A program made the position numbers and the translations under genes. Shown here one piece after another: positions 60,170 through 64,000 of a stretch of 64,000 bases of DNA. The DNA comes from Carcharhinus amblyrhynchos. Its lineage: Eukaryota. A model generated the notes under the pieces. It saw only the letters and a program-made list of their open reading frames with translations. It was not told the DNA's origin and ran no database searches. The stretch is taken from assembly GCA_965287045.1 (NCBI GenBank), contig OZ336877.1, positions 4,712,001-4,776,000 of the forward strand. The letters run 5' to 3'. Position 1 is the first letter of the stretch, and each line of letters starts with the position of its first letter.

Positions 60170-60655
60170 CATCATAAGAACGTAATAGGAGCCAGGAATA
60201 AACCATCGTGGCACACTCACAGCTCGTCACAAGATCATTGCTGATCCTCAAATTCGTTGCCACATTCCTGCCCAATCCCCAAGCCTTTAATTGTTTTAAG
60301 GGTTCAAAATTCCACCTTTGTTTTGAAACTGCTCCATGACGAAGCAGCCCCAGCCATCTGGGATGGAGGATCCCAACAATCCACAACCCTCCCAATCTCA
60401 GTCTTAAATCACTGATCCCTCATCCCGAGACTGTATCCTGTAGTTCTCAAATCTCCAGCAATCAGAAACAGCCTCTCAATGTCTACACTGTAAAGACCTC
60501 TCAGAATCTTCTGTTTCAATGGGCTTGCCTCTCGTTCTTCTAAACTGAAGGGAGCATACGCTCATTCCACTCCATCTCTCCTCATATCCCTCTTACCCCG
60601 AGAATCAATCTAATGAACATTCATTGCATCCTCTGCGTGAGAAGTATTTCCTTCC
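60170..60655 (-). mobile_element. degraded CR1 3' end
   Basis: cataagaacgtaataggagc..caagatcattgctgatc..ctcagtcttaaat..ctgtatcctgtagttct..ctctcgttcttctaaact. Confidence 0.7.
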
Positions 60656-60699
60656 TTTAGCGATGGTTCAGTCGATTCAGATGAAGTGCTAGGGAGCTG

Positions 60700-61060
60700 C
60701 TCCGATGGCTTAACAGCTAACAGCTCGTGCAATACAATAATACGCACACCAAAAGGCTCGTGGTCAAAATGCAGTGTGTGCTGAATTAACAGATCTTAGC
60801 CGAGCTGTAGCCAGAGTGCTCCAAATGGGACAAAGACACCTGAACAAGGGATAAGGAAAACAAAACCACTTTGGTTTAGGACACGCAGCTGCTTTGCAGT
60901 TATCCTTTTTGGAAAAAAGAGTAGGCACGGATGTCAAGAATTGACAGTTTTGGTCCGAATATCATGTCTTGCACGAATATCTCACCAGTGCTCAATGTCA
61001 AGGCTCTCAAATGGAGAATAATCCCCCTGAGTAGAGATACTGGAGGGCAAAGGTCTCCAA
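60700..61060 (+). mobile_element. old degraded SINE-like repeat (possibly related copies at ~41060-41380 and ~54960-55320)
   Basis: Shared blocks such as tgtgtgctgaattaacagatcttagc and gagatactggaggg / gagcactggagg / gagataccgaagag. Family not named. Confidence 0.35.
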
Positions 61061-61473
61061 TCCTTCACAACTTCAGGAGAAAATGGTTCAACAAATACTA
61101 AATGTTTGCAGGGAGGAAAGATCAGATCCAAAAAAAGGTTTCAGCCGTGCCTTTTGCGGTTTTTTTTTTATGAATATGTTGTCCAGTGACAGAAATCCAG
61201 CTGCCACTTGGTGATGAAATGTAAATTGTACCAATCTTAAAAGAGGCGTGGTCATTTCAGGCAGGAAGTATTGGGCAGGCCTGATGCCACGTTGGCTGCT
61301 GTGGTAACCTAGTGCTTCCTGTGGCGTAAACTGTTTTCAAGGCATTTGTTTTGGATAAAATAAATTAATAGCAGCCAACATAACAAAACCATATTTGACA
61401 AAGGCCTTGGGGTGAACTTAGTTTGGCGACAAAGTCGGGGCAATTCTCCACAGCCTGTTTCTCAGAACTCTCC

Positions 61474-61570
61474 ATTCACCTGACAAAGAGGGAGTCCCCT
61501 CGAAAGCTTGTGAGTTTCCTATCAAATAAATCGGTTGGACTGAAACCTGGTGTTGTCGGACTTCTTACAA
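61474..61570 (+). mobile_element. Penelope-like short element with a minimal type I hammerhead fold (G8 mutated)
   Basis: ATTCAC-CTGACAA-A-GAGGG-AGTC-CCCTC-GAAA-GC-TT-GTGAGT, followed by caaataaatcggttggactgaaacctggtgttgtcggacttcttac. Confidence 0.8.
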
Positions 61571-61686
61571 CAGGTGACTGACAGGGGAGAGATTTGGCAG
61601 GCAAACTGAACAATCCTTTGACATCCAACCACAGCCTGATCCAATTGTCAGGCAGGCAATTAAATGGTTGCCTAAAACAAGTGTCT

Positions 61687-61688
<2 letters not shown>

Positions 61689-61740
<52 letters not shown>
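61689..61740. repeat. (GT)26 microsatellite
   Basis: Perfect dinucleotide run. Confidence 0.98.
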
Positions 61741-61745
<5 letters not shown>

Positions 61746-61769
61746 GTCTGTAAATTGGAGTCCCACAAC

Positions 61770-63390
61770 AAAATTTCGACTTACAATGCAAACCCAAGTA
61801 ACATCCTAAAGCGCTTCACACGAGTGTTATAATATAAAGTGTGACACCAAGTCACTTAGAGATGTCCAGTCAGATAACTAAATATTTGACTAAAGGAGGA
61901 GGTTTTAAGGAGTGTCTTAAAGAAGGAAAGCAAGTCCAAGAGGCACAAAGGTATAAGGAGGATATCCTGGAGCTTGATTTGATTTATTTTCACATGTATT
62001 GGGATATACAGACAAAGCATATTGTTCAAAGAGTACATACGGGAGAAGGAAAGAAGTGGGTGCAGAATGTAGTGTTATAATCATAGCTCGGGCGTAGAGA
62101 AAGATCAACTCAATATAAGGTCTTGGGACTGAGCATAGCAGCTGAAAGCATGGCTAGCAAATGGTGGAGCAGTTAAAAATGCACAAGAGGTCCGAATTAG
62201 AGGAGCATAGATATCCCAGAGGGTCAAGACGCTGAAGCAAACTACAGAGATAGGGAAGAGAGAGGCCATGGAGAGATCTGAAAACAACTTTGAGAATTTT
62301 AAATTCAAGGCATGGCCTGGATAGGAGCAGCATAGGTCAGCGAGAACAGCGCTGATAGGGGAACGGGACTTGCTGCGAGTTAAGATGCTGGCAGGAGAAT
62401 TTTGGGTGATGTCAGGAATACAGAACATAGGATGTGGGAGGCCATCCTGAAGTGCATCAAAATTGTCAAGTCCAGAGGTAACAGAGGCATGGAGGATTTG
62501 AACAGCAGGTGAGCTGAGGCAAGTTTGAATATTACGGGGGATATTCCAGAGGTAGAAATAGGTGGTCTTAATGATGGCAAGAATATGAGGTTAGAAGTTC
62601 ATCTTGGCATCAAATGTGACACCAAGGTTGGGACAGACCGGCATAATCTCAGACTGCAGTTGGTGGCTAGGGACAAAACTTCCCTATATTTATTTGAGGG
62701 AAATTTTTGCTCATTGCACACTGGATGTAAGGCAATATATGTTATATATTTAAGTGGCTGCTTGATTGCTTTCAGAACCAGGCACATGATCTGATGGGTG
62801 ATGTCATTGGGGTGTTTCACAGGCCCCTGTTTCATTTCATTTTCTACTCTGCACAGGCAACAGCTCCTACAATCAATCTGTCGTCATTATTTTGAGTCTA
62901 CAAATTGAATGTGCAAACCACATCTTTTTATTTTTGTGTAAAACCCATAACTCCTAACTTAATTCTGCCATTTTAAGTAACCTGATAATTTAGCAATGTG
63001 GCATTGTCAAGAGGTTGTGGTGAGGTAGGGTTCAGTGTTGTCCACATGTGTGTAAAAAGTAACACTGCATCTTCAGATGATTCTGCTGAGGAAGTAGCAT
63101 GTCACTAAGACATGGGGAGGAAAGAAGGGAGGGAGAGCAAGGATGGATCCTTGAGGGACACTAGAGATAAAGATGTGGGAACAGCAAGAGGAGCCATTGC
63201 AAATGATTCTCTTGCCCCAATTAAATAGATATGAAGGGAGCCAGGTGAGGATAGTCCCACCGAGCTAGATTACATTGGATAGGCTTTGGATGTGGGTGGT
63301 GTCGTTGACGGTGTCAAAGGTTGCAGACAGGTCAAGAAATATGAAGACGTTTACCTCTGACACAATCACAAAGGATGTCCCATGTGATTG
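61770..63390 (-). mobile_element. L2 LINE remnant (RT to 3' end) with an inserted Rex1 tail at ~61975-62120
   Basis: Minus strand reads FIFLDLSATFDTVND, gtgtccctcaaggatccatcct (VPQGSIL) and TQNSPASILTRSKSRSPISAVLADL. The insert matches the Rex1 tail at 47280-47448 in antisense. Confidence 0.8.
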
Positions 63391-63429
63391 TAGGATCCGA
63401 TTTTCATGTGTAAATTCACATAGCTTTAT

Positions 63430-63952
63430 AGAGACAAAAGAATTAGGAGCAGGAGTAGGCCATCTAGCCCCACCATTCAATAAGATCATGGCTGATCTGA
63501 AGTGGATCAGTTCCACCTTCCTGCCTTCTCCCCACAACCCTTAATTCCCTTGTCTATCAGAAACCTATCTACCCATGACTTAAACATATTCAACGAGGTA
63601 GCCTCCACCACTTCATGGGCAGAGAATTCCAGAGATTCACCACCCTTTGAGTGAAGAAGTTCCTCCTCAATTCTGATCTAAACTGCCCCCCCCCCTCTAT
63701 TTTGAGGCTGTGCCCTCTCGTTCTGATACCCTAAGCGGGAAGAATCTCTCTACCTCTCCCCTATCTAGCCCCTTCATTATCTTGCACGTCTTTATAAGAT
63801 CCCTCCTCAGCCTTCTAAACTCCAACGAGTACAGGCCCAATCTACTCTATCTCTCCTCATAAGCTCACCCCCTCATCTCCACTATCAGCCTGGTGAACCT
63901 TCTCTGTACTCCCTCCAAGGCCAATGTACCCTTACGCATACAAGGGGACCAT
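63430..63952 (-). mobile_element. CR1 LINE 3' portion (young subfamily)
   Basis: Closely matching reverse complement of 44333-44700, extending into LEGVQRRFTRLI..SYEER*SRLGLYSLEFRRLRRDLI. Confidence 0.92.
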
Positions 63953-64000
63953 TTATATGCTAAGCTAAGTTACACGAGGCATTCGGCTACCTAATATATT

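Noticed and set aside
61476-61809. His/Thr-rich and Cys/Val-rich ORFs
   Set aside because: They are translations of the (GT)26 microsatellite.

Overview
This is vertebrate genomic DNA, most likely from an elasmobranch (shark), judging by its repeats: HE1/V-SINEs, a SacSINE1-type DeuSINE, and CR1, L2, Rex1/Babar and Penelope-like elements. It holds the 3' end of the trps1 gene on the minus strand: the 123-nt GATA zinc-finger exon (26909-26787), a 16.2-kb intron, the last coding exon (10617-9568; NLS, PLDLA motif, two Ikaros-type C2H2 fingers) and the 3'UTR/downstream region. Everything from 26910 to 64000 appears to be part of one very large upstream intron. The rest is layered, mostly decayed transposons plus several TE-free, motif-dense blocks that look like enhancers. 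The main finds are (1) Penelope-derived short elements with a minimal type I hammerhead ribozyme fold whose helix II covaries between copies, (2) an ancient Gmr1-like Gypsy LTR element in the last intron, recoverable only from frameshifted remnants, (3) a miR-221/222 8mer in the proximal 3'UTR, and (4) several fold-back repeat pairs. Almost all short ORFs in the supplied track are spurious or TE debris. I see no demonstrably new biological system. All assignments were made by eye without database searches, and TE boundaries are approximate.
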